64,000 nucleotides of DNA from an uncultured delta proteobacterium (GCA_963766715.1 CAVYBH010000010.1:1-64000); one strand, 5' to 3'. Shown: positions 9,213 through 20,869, counted from the stretch's first letter. Notes: generated by a model not told the origin, from the sequence alone. Translations and numbers: made by a program.

Positions 9213-9861
9213 CCCGCTGGCGTTCCGGCTGCTTCAGCTGCTCGTAGACGCCGAGGACCTTGCGGATGTACTCCCGGGTCTCCTGGTAGCTGGGAACGCC
9301 GCCGGCGCGCCGGACCGCCTCCGGACCGGCATTGTAGGCGGCCAGCGTCTTCGTCGAGATCGCCCTCGTACTGGTTGGCGAGGATGCGCAGGTAGCGAGC
9401 GCCCCCGTCGATGTTCTGCGACGGGCTCCACACGTCGCGTCACGTACATGTCCTTGGCGGTCTCGGGCATGAGCTGCATGAGGCCCGGCCGCGCCCTTGT
9501 TCGACACGGCCACCGGGTTGTAGCCCGACTCCACCGACATGACGGCGTGGAGGAGCTCCTCGGGGAGCTTGTAGGTCTCCGCGGCTCGTCGGATGTGCTC
9601 GCGATAGGCGGTGGGGGCGAGGATGATCGCCCTCGCCTCGGCGTAGGTCGTCGCCCGGGCGGCGGCCGTCGGCGGCGGGCCCGGGGTGCGCGACTGGCGC
9701 ATGGTGATCCGGGTGACCTTGGTGACGCAGCGGTCCCGCCCCGCGTTGCCCAGGACCCAGACGCCGTCGGCGTCCTTGCAGGCGTAGGTGTCCCCGGCCG
9801 CCGCGGCGGCGGGAGACAGGGCGAGCGTGCCCAGGAGGAGCATGGCGGCCAGGCGGGACAT
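9209..9861 (-). CDS. Lytic transglycosylase (SLT), frameshifted
   Basis: VESGYNPVAVS, G(L)MQLMP, LAAYNAG, ETREY. Confidence 0.88.
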
Positions 9862-9932
9862 GGACTCTTCCGATGCTAACGCCCGGACGCCCGCCATGAC
9901 AACTTCCGGCGGTGCGTGCTAGGGATCCCGGC

Positions 9933-11553
9933 ATGGCCCCATCCCCGCGCGAACACGTCGACTTCCTGGTCCTGGGGGGCGGCGTCGCCGGCCTCTCCTT
10001 CGCCCTCGAGGCGGTGAAGCACGGCAGCGTGCTGGTCCTGACGAAGCGCAACCGGCAGGAGGGCAACACCCAGTACGCCCAGGGCGGCGTGGCCGCGGTC
10101 CTCGGGCCGGACGATCAGTTCCCGCTCCACGTCGAGGACACCCTCGTCGCCGGGGCCGGCCTCTGCCACCGCGACGCCGTGGAGGTCACCGTCCAGGAGG
10201 CGCCGGAGCGGATCCGCTGGCTGCAGTCCCTGGGCGTCGAGTTCGACCGGGAGGCGCCGGACCGCCTCCACCTCACCCGGGAGGGGGGCCACTCGCGCCG
10301 CCGCGTGGCCCACGCCAAGGACACCACCGGGATGGAGATCGAGAAGAAGATGCTCGCCGCCTGCGTGGCGGCCGGCATCCGCATCGAGGAGGACCAGGTC
10401 GCCATCGACCTCATCACGAGCGAGCGGGCGGGCGTGCCGGGGCCGAACCGGGCGCTGGGCGCCTACGTCCTCGACCGGGCCAGCGGCGGCATCCGGACGC
10501 TCACCGCGGCGGTGACGACGCTCGCCACCGGCGGTGCGGGCAAGGTCTACCTCTACACGTCGAACCCCGACGTGGCGACCGGCGACGGCGTGGCCATGGC
10601 CTACCGGGCCGGCGCGTCGGTGGCCAACATGGAGTTCTTCCAGTTCCACCCCACCTGCCTCTTCCACCCGGACGCGAAGAGCTTCCTCATCTCCGAGGCC
10701 CTGCGCGGCGAGGGGGGCATCCTGCGCAACAAGGCGGGCGAGGCCTTCATGATCCGCTACGACCCGCGCAAGGAGCTGGCGCCGCGCGACATCGTGGCCC
10801 GCTCCATCGACGCCGAGGTGAAGCGGCGCGGCGACGACTGCGCCTTCCTCGACATGACGCACCTGCCGAAGGGCTTCCTGCTCGACCACTTCCCGCACAT
10901 CTACCAGACCTGCCGGGAGTTCGGGATCGACATGGCGGTGCAGCCCATCCCGGTGGTCCCCGCCGCTCACTACCAGTGCGGGGGCGTGGTCACCGACCTG
11001 CACGGCCGGACCGGCCTGCCGAACCTGCTCGCCGCCGGCGAGGTGGCCTGCACCGGGCTCCACGGCGCCAACCGGCTGGCCTCGAACTCGGTCCTGGAGG
11101 GGCTGGTCTTCGGGCGGCGCGCCGCGCATCGCCGCGGCCGAGCTGCTCGCCGAGAAGCGCCCCCAGCCGCCCGTGCCCGACTGGAACCCGGGCGACGCGC
11201 TGGCGCCCGACGAGGGCGTGGTGGTCGCCCAGAACTGGGACGAGCTGCGCCGGTTCATGTGGAACTACGTGGGCATCGTCCGGTCGGTGAAGCGGCTGGA
11301 GCGGGCCCGCACCCGGCTGCGCATCCTCCGCTCGGAGATCCAGGAGTACTACTGGCGCTACCAGGTCACGCCCGACCTGGTCGAGCTGCGGAACCTGGCC
11401 GACGTGGCGCTGCTCATCGTGCAGTCGGCCCTGCGGCGCGGGGAGTCCCGCGGCCTCCACTACCTGCTCGACCACCCCACCCCCGACGACCGGTTCCTGA
11501 AGGACACGGTCCTGCACCGGGGCGAGATGGAAGACCTGTCGCCCCGGAGCTGA
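9933..11553 (+). CDS. nadB: L-aspartate oxidase (frameshift ~11130)
   Basis: GGGVAGL, AQGG, EGGHS, QFHPT, AHYQCGG, HGANRLASNS, ESRGLHY. Confidence 0.95.
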
Positions 11554-11562
11554 CCGCGGCCG

Positions 11563-12163
11563 TCAGGGGCGCTTCGCCGGAGGCGTGTAGGCCAGGTCGA
11601 GCGCCCCCAGCGCGCCGGCGATGCGCAGCTCGAACGGGAGCTCGGCGAGCGGCTTCGGCCCGGGGTACTTCGGGAAGCGGACCCGGTACAGGGTGTCGAA
11701 CTCGGTGATGTACGGGTAGAGCGCCTGCAGCGTCGGGTCCCGCTTCACGGTCGCGATCTTCGCGGGGAGCGACTGTTCCTTGCCGTTCGACCACGATCGC
11801 CACGCGCCAGGTGCCGTGATCGGTGGCGAGGTCGTTCGCCCGGCGGTCCTCGGAGAAGAAGGCGAGCAGGAAATCCTCGCCCTCGGCGGCCTCGGCCTGC
11901 TCGCGGGCCAGCGCCGCCTCCTTCTCGGCGGGCAGCATCCCCTTCCACTCCGCGAGGCGGTCGATCCGCGCGGTGCGGACCGCCGGCGACTGGTAGGTGG
12001 CGGTCGCGATGGCCACGTCGTCGAGCGCGTTGTAGAGCTTCACCTTCCGCGTGGCCGCGTCGCGCGCCTCGGCCCAGGCCCCCTCGTTCGTGGCCGGATC
12101 GGGCGCGGGCGTCAGGTAATGGCAGGCGGGCAGCAGCAGCGCGAGGAGGAGGAACCGCTTCAT
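11563..12163 (-). CDS. Hypothetical lipoprotein (frameshifted)
   Basis: MKRFLLLALLLPAC lipobox-like signal. Confidence 0.7.
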
Positions 12164-12171
12164 GGCGGCCA

Positions 12172-12732
12172 CTATCCCAGAAAATCGGCGCGCGTGAAGA
12201 GCGAGTCGACCGGGACCCCGAGGGCCTCGATGGCCTCGCGCCCGCCCTCCTGGCGATCGACGAGCGCGAAGCAGCCGGCCACCACCAGCCCCTCGGCGCG
12301 GCAGCGCTCGATGGCCTTGGCGGCGCTGCCCCCGGTGGTGATGACGTCCTCGAGGACCGCGACCCGGCTCCCGTCCGGGATGGTCTTGCGCCCCTCGATC
12401 CACTGCCCGGTGCCGTGCCCCTTGGGCTCCTTGCGCACGATGAAGGCGTCCACCGGCTCGCCGGCCAGGAAGCTCGCCACGGCCACGGCGCTGGCGAGCG
12501 GGTCGGCCCCCAGGGTGAGGCCCCCGGCGCCGCGCACCAGCGGGCGGAGCTGGCGGATGCGCTCGAAGAGCTGCCGCCCGACCAGCACGTGCCCCTCGGC
12601 GGTGAGCGCGGTGCGCTTGCAGTCGATGTAGAAGTCGCTCTCCTTGCCGGAGGCGAGGGTCACCTTCCGCTTCTCGAAGGAGAGCTCGCGGAGGAGCTGG
12701 AGGAGGCGGGCGCGGTCTTCGGCGGGGCTCAT
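12172..12732 (-). CDS. pyrE: Orotate phosphoribosyltransferase
   Basis: LASGKESDFYIDC, VRKEPKGHG, VLEDVITTGGS. Confidence 0.95.
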   Translation of the reverse strand: MSPAEDRARLLQLLRELSFEKRKVTLASGKESDFYIDCKRTALTAEGHVLVGRQLFERIRQLRPLVRGAGGLTLGADPLASAVAVASFLAGEPVDAFIVRKEPKGHGTGQWIEGRKTIPDGSRVAVLEDVITTGGSAAKAIERCRAEGLVVAGCFALVDRQEGGREAIEALGVPVDSLFTRADFLG

Positions 12733-13411
12733 GTCGTCTCCCTTTCGAGCATCGGCAGCAGGCGGGCGAGGTAGCGGAGCTGGGTGAGGACGAGGGCGCG
12801 ACCTTCCGGCGGAAGGGCCGGCCAGGTCTCGAACGCGGCGGCCAGCTCCCGGTTCAGGTCGTAGGCGCGAACGGCCAGCTGGCGGGCGAAGGCGGCCGCG
12901 ATCGGGGGCCGGCTCGGCGGCCGGCGTGCGGGCTGGCTCGGGGGCGGCCTTCCGCGGCGCCTCGGCAGCGGGCTCCCGGGCGGCGCCGCGGGACGGAGCC
13001 GTCGCAGGCGCCGCCCGCTTGCGCCGCGCGGCGAGCACCGGCTCGGCCCAGGGCAGCGAGGCGCGGACCTTGCCGGCGATCGCGTCGAGCTCGGCGGCGG
13101 TCCAGGGCTCCTCGAAGAGGGGCCCCGCGAGCGCCAGCGCCCAGGCGTCGCGGGTCGCCGAGCGCCGGGTGGACGCGAGCGAGCACGCGCTCCCGCTGCA
13201 GGAGGCGCAGGGCCTCCATGCGCCGGAACCCCGCCACCACCTGCCAGCGCTTCCCCTCCCCGTCCGGCGTGCCGGGCGGAAGCGGGCGCAGGTCCACCGG
13301 AGCGAGCTGCCCGAGCCGCCCCATCGACACGGCCAGCTCGGCGACGTCGCCCGGCTCCCGGAGCCGGAAGGTCGCGTCGGCGGCGATCTCCTCGATGGGA
13401 ACGTGCTCCAC
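12729..13411 (-). CDS. padC: PadC-like ParB/Srx-domain protein (frameshifted)
   Basis: ParB-N fold with VVAGFRR; Pro/Ala linker; helical C-term (LNRELAAAF..LTQLRYLARLL); directly downstream of a bactofilin. Confidence 0.75.
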
Positions 13412-13414
13412 CGG

Positions 13415-13705
13415 CTACGTCTCGCGCGCCGGCGGAGGAACCGGTGCCGCGCCGGACGTGTCCACGGCTCCGCGGAAGGAGGCGCCGTCGACGATCACCA
13501 CCCGGGGCGCGCGGATGTCGCCCACCACGCGGGAGTCGGCCTCGAGCCGCACCGTCCCGCCGGCGGTCACGTCGGCCTCGACCTCGCCGGCCGGATCGAC
13601 GGTGAGGGAACCACCCAGGGTGACGCGGCCGCGCACCCGGCCGCGGACGAGCAGGTCCCCGTCGCCGGCGACCTCGCCGTCGATCGACGTTCCCGGCCCC
13701 ACCAC
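13415..13705 (-). CDS. Bactofilin (start uncertain)
   Basis: VGPGTSIDGEV..DLLVRGRVRG..VVGDIRAPRVVIVDGASFRG. Confidence 0.9.
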   Translation of the reverse strand: MVGPGTSIDGEVAGDGDLLVRGRVRGRVTLGGSLTVDPAGEVEADVTAGGTVRLEADSRVVGDIRAPRVVIVDGASFRGAVDTSGAAPVPPPARET

Positions 13706-13793
13706 CGAGGGGGCTCCGGCCGCTGCAGCGCTCTGGTCGTCGTGGGTCGTGGCTGGCCTCGCGGCGAAGGATAGGGGGCGCCCCTCGCCCCGG

Positions 13794-14675
13794 TCAACGC
13801 TTCCCTGGGGCGCTCCGCTCCGAGATCCAGGAGACGGCGTCGCCGATCGGGGCGGCCCGGCCCCGCTCGTTGAAGATCTCGTGCTCGAAGGCGGCGTACT
13901 CGCGCAGCGTCTTGTCCTTCGAGGAGATGGCGGCGAAGAACTCGGTGCTGGCCGCGCCGTCGGCGATCCGGTCGCCGGTCCCGAGCATCAGGAGGAGCGG
14001 CCGGTCGAAGCGCGCCATCTCCCGGCGGAGGTCTTCCTGGGCCCGCCCCGACTCGGTGAACCAGCGCGGGCGTGGTCTTGCGCTGGTAGAGCGGGTCGGC
14101 GGCGCTCCAGGCCTGCATCTCGGGGTCGCTCGTCAGGGCGGCCAGGTCGAGCTTCGCGTCCACCGGCAGGTGCGGGATGATCTTCCCGACCAGCAAGCGC
14201 CGACCAGATCTGCAGCTTGGGCGGATCGATGGCGAGGCGGAAGTAGGGATTGGAGAGGACGTAGCCGGCCACGTCCTTGCCCCCGCCGAGCGCCCAGTGC
14301 GCGGCGATGTGCCCGCCCTGGCTGTGCGCCACCACGAAGAGCTTTCGCCCGGCCGCCTCGGCCCGGACCTGGTGCGGCGAAGGCGTCGAGGTCGGCCAGG
14401 TAGTCCTCGAAGCGGTCCACGTACCAGCGCTTGCCTCCGGACCTTCCGTGCCCGCGGAAGTCGAGGAGCGCCACCTCGTGACCTGCCGCGACCAGCGCGG
14501 TGGTGATGCCGGCGTAGCGGCCGGCGTGGTCGCCCGCGCCGTGGAGCACCAGGACCGTCGACCGGGGGTGGGTCGGCGTGTAGCGCTCCCAGCGGATCTC
14601 CGGGCCGCCGGACGCCCGGACGTTGCCCTCGGTGCGGCGCGCCTCTTCGGATCGGGGAAACACGGGAACGGCCAA
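13794..14675 (-). CDS. Alpha/beta hydrolase, lysophospholipase (AgmH-like), frameshifted
   Basis: HGAGDHAGRY, DFRGHGRS, AHSQGG, HEIFNE. Confidence 0.85.
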
Positions 14676-14678
14676 GGT

Positions 14679-16444
14679 TCACCTCCGGGCCGGGCGGACC
14701 TCGCCCGGCAGGTCGCGAAGCTTCTTCTCGATCCCGGCGCGCTGGCCGGGCACGTCGGGCTCGGCGCCCTCGTCGAGCGCGTGGACGGCCCGGCGCCAGG
14801 CGGCCGCGGCGTCCGCGTCGCGCCCCGCCCGCCGGTAGGCGTCGCCGAGGTGCTCGAGGATGGTGGGCTCCGGCCCGGCCAGGGCCTCGGCCCGCTCGAG
14901 GGTGGAGACCGCAGCCGGGACGTCGCCCCGCTGGAAGAGGATCCAGCCCAGCGAGTCGAGGTAGGAGCCGTTGTCCGGGTCGAGCTCCACCGCGCGCCGC
15001 ACCAGCTTCTCCGCCTCGTCGAGCCGCTCGCCCTTCTCGGCCCAGCTGTAGCCCACGAAGTTCATGGCCTCGGCGTCGTCGGGCGTGCGCTCCAGCACCG
15101 ACTGCATGGTCTGGATGGCGCCGGCACGATCGCCGGCCCGATCCTGGGCGATCGCCAGCGCGACGCGGAGGCGCTCCGACCTGGGCTGCCGGGCCAGGGC
15201 CTCGGTGAGCCAGGTGACGGCTTCCTGGGCCCGGCCCGGACTTCTCGAGCACGTAGCCGCGCGCGGCGATCAGCCGGACGTCGCCCGGGTGGTCGACGAG
15301 CGCCGCGTCGAGGAGGGCCAGCCCCTCGGCGGGACGGCCCGCCTGCGCCAGGACCGAGGCCCGGGCCGCCAGCGCGGCGAGCCCCAGCTCCGGCTCGGCC
15401 GGGCTCACGGCGGCGAAGGCCGCGGCCGACTCGTCGTAGCGCCGCTCGTCGCGCAGCGCGAGCCCGCGCACGTAGAGCACGCGCGGGTCGGGGCGCGTGC
15501 GCGACGCTCCGTCCAGCGTGGCCAGCGCGTCGGCCGGGGCGGCGGGCGTCGAGCCAGGCGAAGGCCACCCGGACGCGGGGCTCGGCGTCGTCGGGCGAGA
15601 CGTGGATGGACTGGTCGAAGAAGGCGCGGGCGCCCGCCACGTCACCCGCCCGCAGCTCGAGCCGCCCCAGCGCGACCAGCGCGTCGGGGTCGTCCGAGTC
15701 CTGGCGGATGAGCCCTTCCCAGGCGCGGCGGGCCTCGTCGAAGTGGCGCCGGGACTCCTCCAGCTCGGCGAGCCGCCTCCAGGACTCCGTGTCCCGCCGC
15801 TCGGCGGCCACGGCCTTGCGGTAGAGCGCGGCCGCGCCCTCCAGGTCGCCGCGCTCGGCGTGGACCCGCCCGAGCTCGCGGAGCGCGACGGCGCCCTCGG
15901 CCGGGAGCCGCGTGGCGAGGTCCTCGAGCACGACGACGGCGCCCGCGTCGTCCCCGCCCTCGAGCTTCAGCTGGGCGAGCAGGCGCCACGGGTCGGGGTC
16001 GAGCGGCGCCTGGCCCGGCGGGCGCTTCGCCGCCCGCGCGACCTGGACGGCGATGGACTTCCGCAGCGCCTCCTCCGCGTCGGCGGGGCGGCGCGCGATG
16101 GCGGCCGTCCGCCCGAGGACGAGCCACGCGTCGGCGGCCGAGGGGCCGTCCGGATCCAGGGAGATGGCCTTGCGGGCCTCGGCGGTGGCGCGCGACAGGT
16201 CGCCGGTGCGGGTGAGCGCCTCGGCGAGCGACACCCGCAGGGCCGGGGCGGTGGGATCGGCCTCGACCGCGGCGCGATAGGCCTGGAGCGCCGCGCGCCA
16301 GTCGCTCCGCTGCTCGGCCTGGAGCCCGCGGAGGTACTGGGCGAACGCCGTGGCGGACGCCTTCGCCGGCTGTGCGGCGAGCGCGGACGCGCCAGGGACA
16401 GGCGTGGCGGCGAGAAGGAAGGCGGCGAGGATCGGATGACGCAC
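14679..16444 (-). CDS. Exported TPR protein (frameshifted)
   Basis: Signal peptide; many TPRs; MNFVGYSWA..YLDSLGW..EHLGD C-terminal motif. Confidence 0.85.
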
Positions 16445-16462
16445 GGGAGCCTGGAAAAGCTA

Positions 16463-17041
16463 CTACCGGCGCCGGGGCGCCGCCGCCACCGTCGCGAGCA
16501 CCTGGGTCGCGGCCGCGGCAACCGCGCCCTCCGGGATCGGGGAGGCGAGCACGATCTCGCAGCCCGCCGCCCGGAGCGCGGGAACGTGCTCGGCGCGGGC
16601 CGCGGCGACGACGGGAATCGTCCGGAGCAGGTCGTCCGCCCGGATGCCGGCCAGGGTCTCCCCTCCGTCCGGACCGGGGTCGACGAGGACGAGCACGTCG
16701 GGGCTCATGCGGGCGGCGTGCATGCCGGCCTCGAAGCCGGGGCGGCTCGGCTGGGCCACGAGCCCCGCCTCGAGCAGCTGGCGCACCACGTGGTCCATCG
16801 CCCAGCCGGCCTCGCCCACCACGAGCGCCTTGCGCCGCGCGTCCACCGCGTCGGCGAGCTCGATCGGAAGCGGGATCCCGTGGCGCGACATGAAGCCCGC
16901 GAGCTCCTCGCGCGCGATGCGCCGATGGCCACCGGGAGTCCGGTGCGCCTTGAGTCGCCGAGCCTTGATCCAGTTGACGACGGTCGGAAGCGACACGCCG
17001 AGAACGTGGGAAGCCTCGAAGGTGGTGTAGAACCGACGCAT
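16463..17041 (-). CDS. Excisionase-type HTH + degenerate receiver-like domain
   Basis: YTTFEASHVLGVSLPTVVNW..RTPGGHRRI; REC-like C-terminal part. Confidence 0.8.
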   Translation of the reverse strand: MRRFYTTFEASHVLGVSLPTVVNWIKARRLKAHRTPGGHRRIAREELAGFMSRHGIPLPIELADAVDARRKALVVGEAGWAMDHVVRQLLEAGLVAQPSRPGFEAGMHAARMSPDVLVLVDPGPDGGETLAGIRADDLLRTIPVVAAARAEHVPALRAAGCEIVLASPIPEGAVAAAATQVLATVAAAPRRR

Positions 17042-17086
17042 CGGGAGCACGCGGAGCATACAACAAGACCGTGTTAAGGAAGACCC

Positions 17087-17903
17087 ATGCCCCCTCCTGC
17101 GACGTACCTGCTGGGTGCAGTCCAGATGACGTCGACCGCCGACCGGGCCCGCAACCTGGCCACGGCGGTCCGGCTCCTGAACGAGGCCGCCGACCTGGGC
17201 GCCAAGCTCGTCGGCCTCCCCGAGAACTTCGCCTTCATGGGGAGGGACGAGGAGCGGATCGCGACGGCCGAGTCCCTTGAAGGACCGACACTGGCGGTCA
17301 TCCGGGAGGTGGCCCGGGCGCGCCGGATCTGGATCGTGGCCGGGTCGGTGGCCGAGAACGTCGGCCAGCCGGACCGGACCGCCAACACCAGCGTCCTCAT
17401 CGCCGAGGACGGCTCCATCGCCGCGGCCTACCGGAAGATCCACCTCTTCGACGTGAACATCCCGGACGGCGCGCGCTACGCGGAGTCGGAGAGCGTGCCT
17501 CGCCGGCGACAAGGTGGTGCTGGCCCCCACGCCGCTCGGGCGGGTCGGGCTCACCATCTGCTACGACCTGCGCTTCCCGGAGCTCTACCGCCAGCTGGCG
17601 GGCCTGGGCGCCGAGGTGATCTTCATCCCCGCCGCCTTCACGCTCTTCACCGGCAAGGACCACTGGGAGGTCCTCATCCGCGCCCGGGCCATCGAGAACC
17701 TCTGCTACGTGGTGGCCCCGGCGCAGGTGGGGCGCCACTCGGCGAACCGGCTCACCTACGGGAACGCGATGATCGTCGACCCGTGGGGCACGGTGCTGGC
17801 GCGCTGTCCCGAGGGCGAGGGGGTGTGCGTCGCGCCCTTCAGCCGGGCGCGCATGGAGAAGGCCCGGCAGGAGCTGCCGGCCCTGAAGCACCGGCGCCTC
17901 TGA
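17087..17903 (+). CDS. Carbon-nitrogen hydrolase (Nit1-like amidase), frameshifted
   Basis: LPEN, YRKIHLFDV, ICYDLRFPE, RARAIEN. Confidence 0.92.
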
Positions 17904-18050
17904 GCCGGGCACCGCCTCGCTGCCCCACGCCCCGGGGACGCGCGGCGTGGATCCCCGGGACCGGTGTCGCGCATCCTCGTGTCGCCCGGGTTCGCGGCTA
18001 CTCGACCTCCCCGCGTCCGGCTAGCCTCCTTCCCAGGAGGCAACACGGAC

Positions 18051-18569
18051 GTGACCCGTCTCGCATCGATGGCCTGGCTCGCGCTCCCGCTCACGGCGGC
18101 CTGCGGCGGCGTCGAGCCCGACTTCCGGGTGCGGGACGCCGCGGTGGTGGTCCGCTCCGACGCGGCCTTCACGCGGAGCACGGACTTCCCGGCCCGGGTC
18201 GAGAGCACGGTGCAGGCGGCCCTCGACTACTGGGGCGGCTCCTGGAGCGATCTCGCCGGGACCACCATCGTGTTCGACGGCAGCCCGGACGTGGCCTGCG
18301 CCGGACACGGCTCGTCCACCGGCTGCTACGACGGCGACATCCGGGTCTCCACGCTGGACGCCGGCCAGCCCATCGCCTGCGTCGAGGCCACCGTGCTCGT
18401 CCACGAGGTCGGGCACGCGGTGATCGGCGACGCCGCGCACGACGACCCGCGCTGGATGGACTTCACGCCGCTCGTGGACGTCCTGGACGGGCGGACCGGC
18501 TACGCGCCCGGCGGCGTCGTCTCCTGCGAGCCGGTGGCGAACGTCTGGCGCCACCCGCCCCGGGGCTGA
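18051..18569 (+). CDS. Lipoprotein with HExxH motif
   Basis: LTAAC lipobox; LVHEVGHAV. Confidence 0.7.
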   Translation: MTRLASMAWLALPLTAACGGVEPDFRVRDAAVVVRSDAAFTRSTDFPARVESTVQAALDYWGGSWSDLAGTTIVFDGSPDVACAGHGSSTGCYDGDIRVSTLDAGQPIACVEATVLVHEVGHAVIGDAAHDDPRWMDFTPLVDVLDGRTGYAPGGVVSCEPVANVWRHPPRG

Positions 18570-18572
18570 CCG

Positions 18573-19730
18573 TCAGGCCAGCCGCTTGCGGAAGCGCGCC
18601 GCGGCCAGGCCGAAGATGGCCGCCCCGAAGAGCGCCAGCGCGAGCAGCTCCGGCCAGAGGTCGACGAAGGACCCGCCCTTGAGGAGGTTCGCCCTCGCGA
18701 CCTGCTGGAAGTAGCGGAGCGGGTTCGCGTAGGTGAGCCACTGCATCCAGCGCGGCATCGAGTCGATGGGCGTCATGATGCCGGAGAGCAGGATGGCCGG
18801 CAGGGTGAAGAGGAAGCCGCCCAGGAAGGCCTGCTGCTGGTTCGACGAGATGGTGGAGATGAGCAGGCCGACGCCCAGCGTGGAGAGCAGGTAGAGCAGC
18901 GTGGCCACGGCCATCACGCCCAGGTTTCCCCGCAGGGGCACCCCGAAGATCCAGGTGCCCGCCGTGACGAGCAGGAGCACGTCGAAGAAGCCGATGAAGA
19001 CGAAGGGGGTCATCTTCCCGGCGAGCAGGAGCGAGGCCGGGATGGGCGTCACCGCCACCTGCTCGAGCGTGCCCTGCTCGCGCTCGCGCGAGAGCCCCAT
19101 CGCGGTGACCAGCGTCGTGACGACGACGAGGAGCATGGCGGCGATGCCCGGCACGATGTAGGGCGCGCTCTTCAGGCTGGGGTTGTAGAAGAGCCGCGGC
19201 ACGATCTCGATGCGCGGCGGCGGGACGATCCCGGCGGCCCGGGCCTTCTCGGTGGTGCGGCGCAGCCCCTCCTCGCCGAAGTAGCGCGAGACGGCGCCGG
19301 CGGCCACGTTGGCGCGGTTGGGATCGGTCCCGTCGAGGATCACCTGCACCTCGGCCGGGCGGCCGGCCGCCACGTCGGAGCCGAAGCGAGGCGGGATGAC
19401 CAGCACCGCCGCCGCCTCCCCGCTGTCGAGCGCGCCGGCGCCCTCCTCGGCGCTCGTCGCGCCTCCGGCGAGGCGCAGCGTGCCGTCGGCGAGCACCTTC
19501 CGGAGATGCTCCCGGCTCTCCGGGCTGCGGTCCTGGTCGGCGACGAAGGTGGGCACCCGGTCGACGTCGAAGTCCACGGCGAAGCCCAGCACCACCGTCT
19601 GCAGGAACGGCGCGAAGACCAGCATGAACATGACGCGCCGGTCCCGCAGGGTCTGCATGACCTCCTTGCGGACCACCGCGGCGTACTGGATCCAGGCCCG
19701 CGAGGGGCGGCGCTCGGCGGGCGCGCTCAC
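18573..19730 (-). CDS. ABC-2 permease
   Basis: REREQGTLEQ, NPLRYF. Confidence 0.9.
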   Translation of the reverse strand: MSAPAERRPSRAWIQYAAVVRKEVMQTLRDRRVMFMLVFAPFLQTVVLGFAVDFDVDRVPTFVADQDRSPESREHLRKVLADGTLRLAGGATSAEEGAGALDSGEAAAVLVIPPRFGSDVAAGRPAEVQVILDGTDPNRANVAAGAVSRYFGEEGLRRTTEKARAAGIVPPPRIEIVPRLFYNPSLKSAPYIVPGIAAMLLVVVTTLVTAMGLSREREQGTLEQVAVTPIPASLLLAGKMTPFVFIGFFDVLLLVTAGTWIFGVPLRGNLGVMAVATLLYLLSTLGVGLLISTISSNQQQAFLGGFLFTLPAILLSGIMTPIDSMPRWMQWLTYANPLRYFQQVARANLLKGGSFVDLWPELLALALFGAAIFGLAAARFRKRLA

Positions 19731-20869
19731 GCGATCCTCCGCTTGAAGCGGGCCGTGGCGAGCGCCAGGATGGCGACCGCGAAGACGAGCATGGCGAGCA
19801 GGTCGGGCCAGACCCGCGCGAGGCCGTTCCCCTTGAGCAGGATCTGCCGGAGCGCGTCCACCAGGTAGCGGGCCGGCACGACCCGGGAGAGCACCCGCAG
19901 CGGCACCGGCATGTTCTCGATGGGGACGAGCATCCCGGAGAGCAGCAGCGAGGGGAGCAAGGACGAGAGGGCGCCGGCCTGGGTGGCGACGAGCTGGTTC
20001 CGGGCCACCACCGAGATGAAGAGCCCCTGCCCCAGCATGCCGGCCAGGAAGAGGAAGCCGGCCAGGATGACGAGGAGCACGTTCCCGGCGATGGGCACGT
20101 CGAAGACGTTGGTGCCCACCCCCAGGATGAGCAGCAGCTGGATCATCCCGAGCCCCAGGTAGGGGAGCAGCTTGCCGAGCACGATCTCGAGCCGGCTCAC
20201 CGGCGAGGCGAAGAGCTGCTCCATCGAGCCCCGCTCCCACTCGCCGGCGACGGTGAGCGCGGTGAGGAGCACGGCGCTGATGGCCATGAGGTAGGCCGCC
20301 AGCCCCGGCACCATGAACACCGCCGACCGCGCCTCCGGGTTGTAGCGGGTCGAGACCTTCACTTGAAGTGGAGGAGCCGCCGAGATGCCCGCCGCGGCGG
20401 CGTGGCGGCGGGTCTCGGAGAGCGCGATGGCGTCCGCCTTGGTGAGCATCTGGTTCGCGGTGACCGGGTCGGCGGCGTCGAGCAGCAGCTGGGCCCGGGC
20501 CGGCCCTCCGCGGTCCAGGTCCTTCTCGAATCCCTGGGGGATGACGAGCACCGCGGTGGCCCGGTGGCGGCGGAAGAGCGTGTCGGCGGCGTCGGCGTCG
20601 GCGCCCCCCACCGGCTCGAACTCGTGGTTCTCGGTGAAGGCCTTCGCCAGGCGCCGCGAGGCCTCGGTGCGATCCAGGTCGGAGATGGCCAGCGGGATCC
20701 GGTCGACGTCGAAGCTCACGCCGTAGCCGAAGAGCAGGAGCATGACCACCGGCATGGCGATGGCGAGGAGCAGCGTGCGCGGGTCGCGCCGGATGTGGAG
20801 GACCTCCTTCCAGGCCACGGCCCCCACCCGGGCGACGAACCGCCCCGAAGCGCTCCCGCCGAGCCTCAC
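19727..20869 (-). CDS. ABC-2 permease
   Basis: KEVLHIRRDPRTL, EWERGSMEQL; in frame with the upstream ATPase in this sequence. Confidence 0.88.
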   Translation of the reverse strand: MRLGGSASGRFVARVGAVAWKEVLHIRRDPRTLLLAIAMPVVMLLLFGYGVSFDVDRIPLAISDLDRTEASRRLAKAFTENHEFEPVGGADADAADTLFRRHRATAVLVIPQGFEKDLDRGGPARAQLLLDAADPVTANQMLTKADAIALSETRRHAAAAGISAAPPLQVKVSTRYNPEARSAVFMVPGLAAYLMAISAVLLTALTVAGEWERGSMEQLFASPVSRLEIVLGKLLPYLGLGMIQLLLILGVGTNVFDVPIAGNVLLVILAGFLFLAGMLGQGLFISVVARNQLVATQAGALSSLLPSLLLSGMLVPIENMPVPLRVLSRVVPARYLVDALRQILLKGNGLARVWPDLLAMLVFAVAILALATARFKRRIA

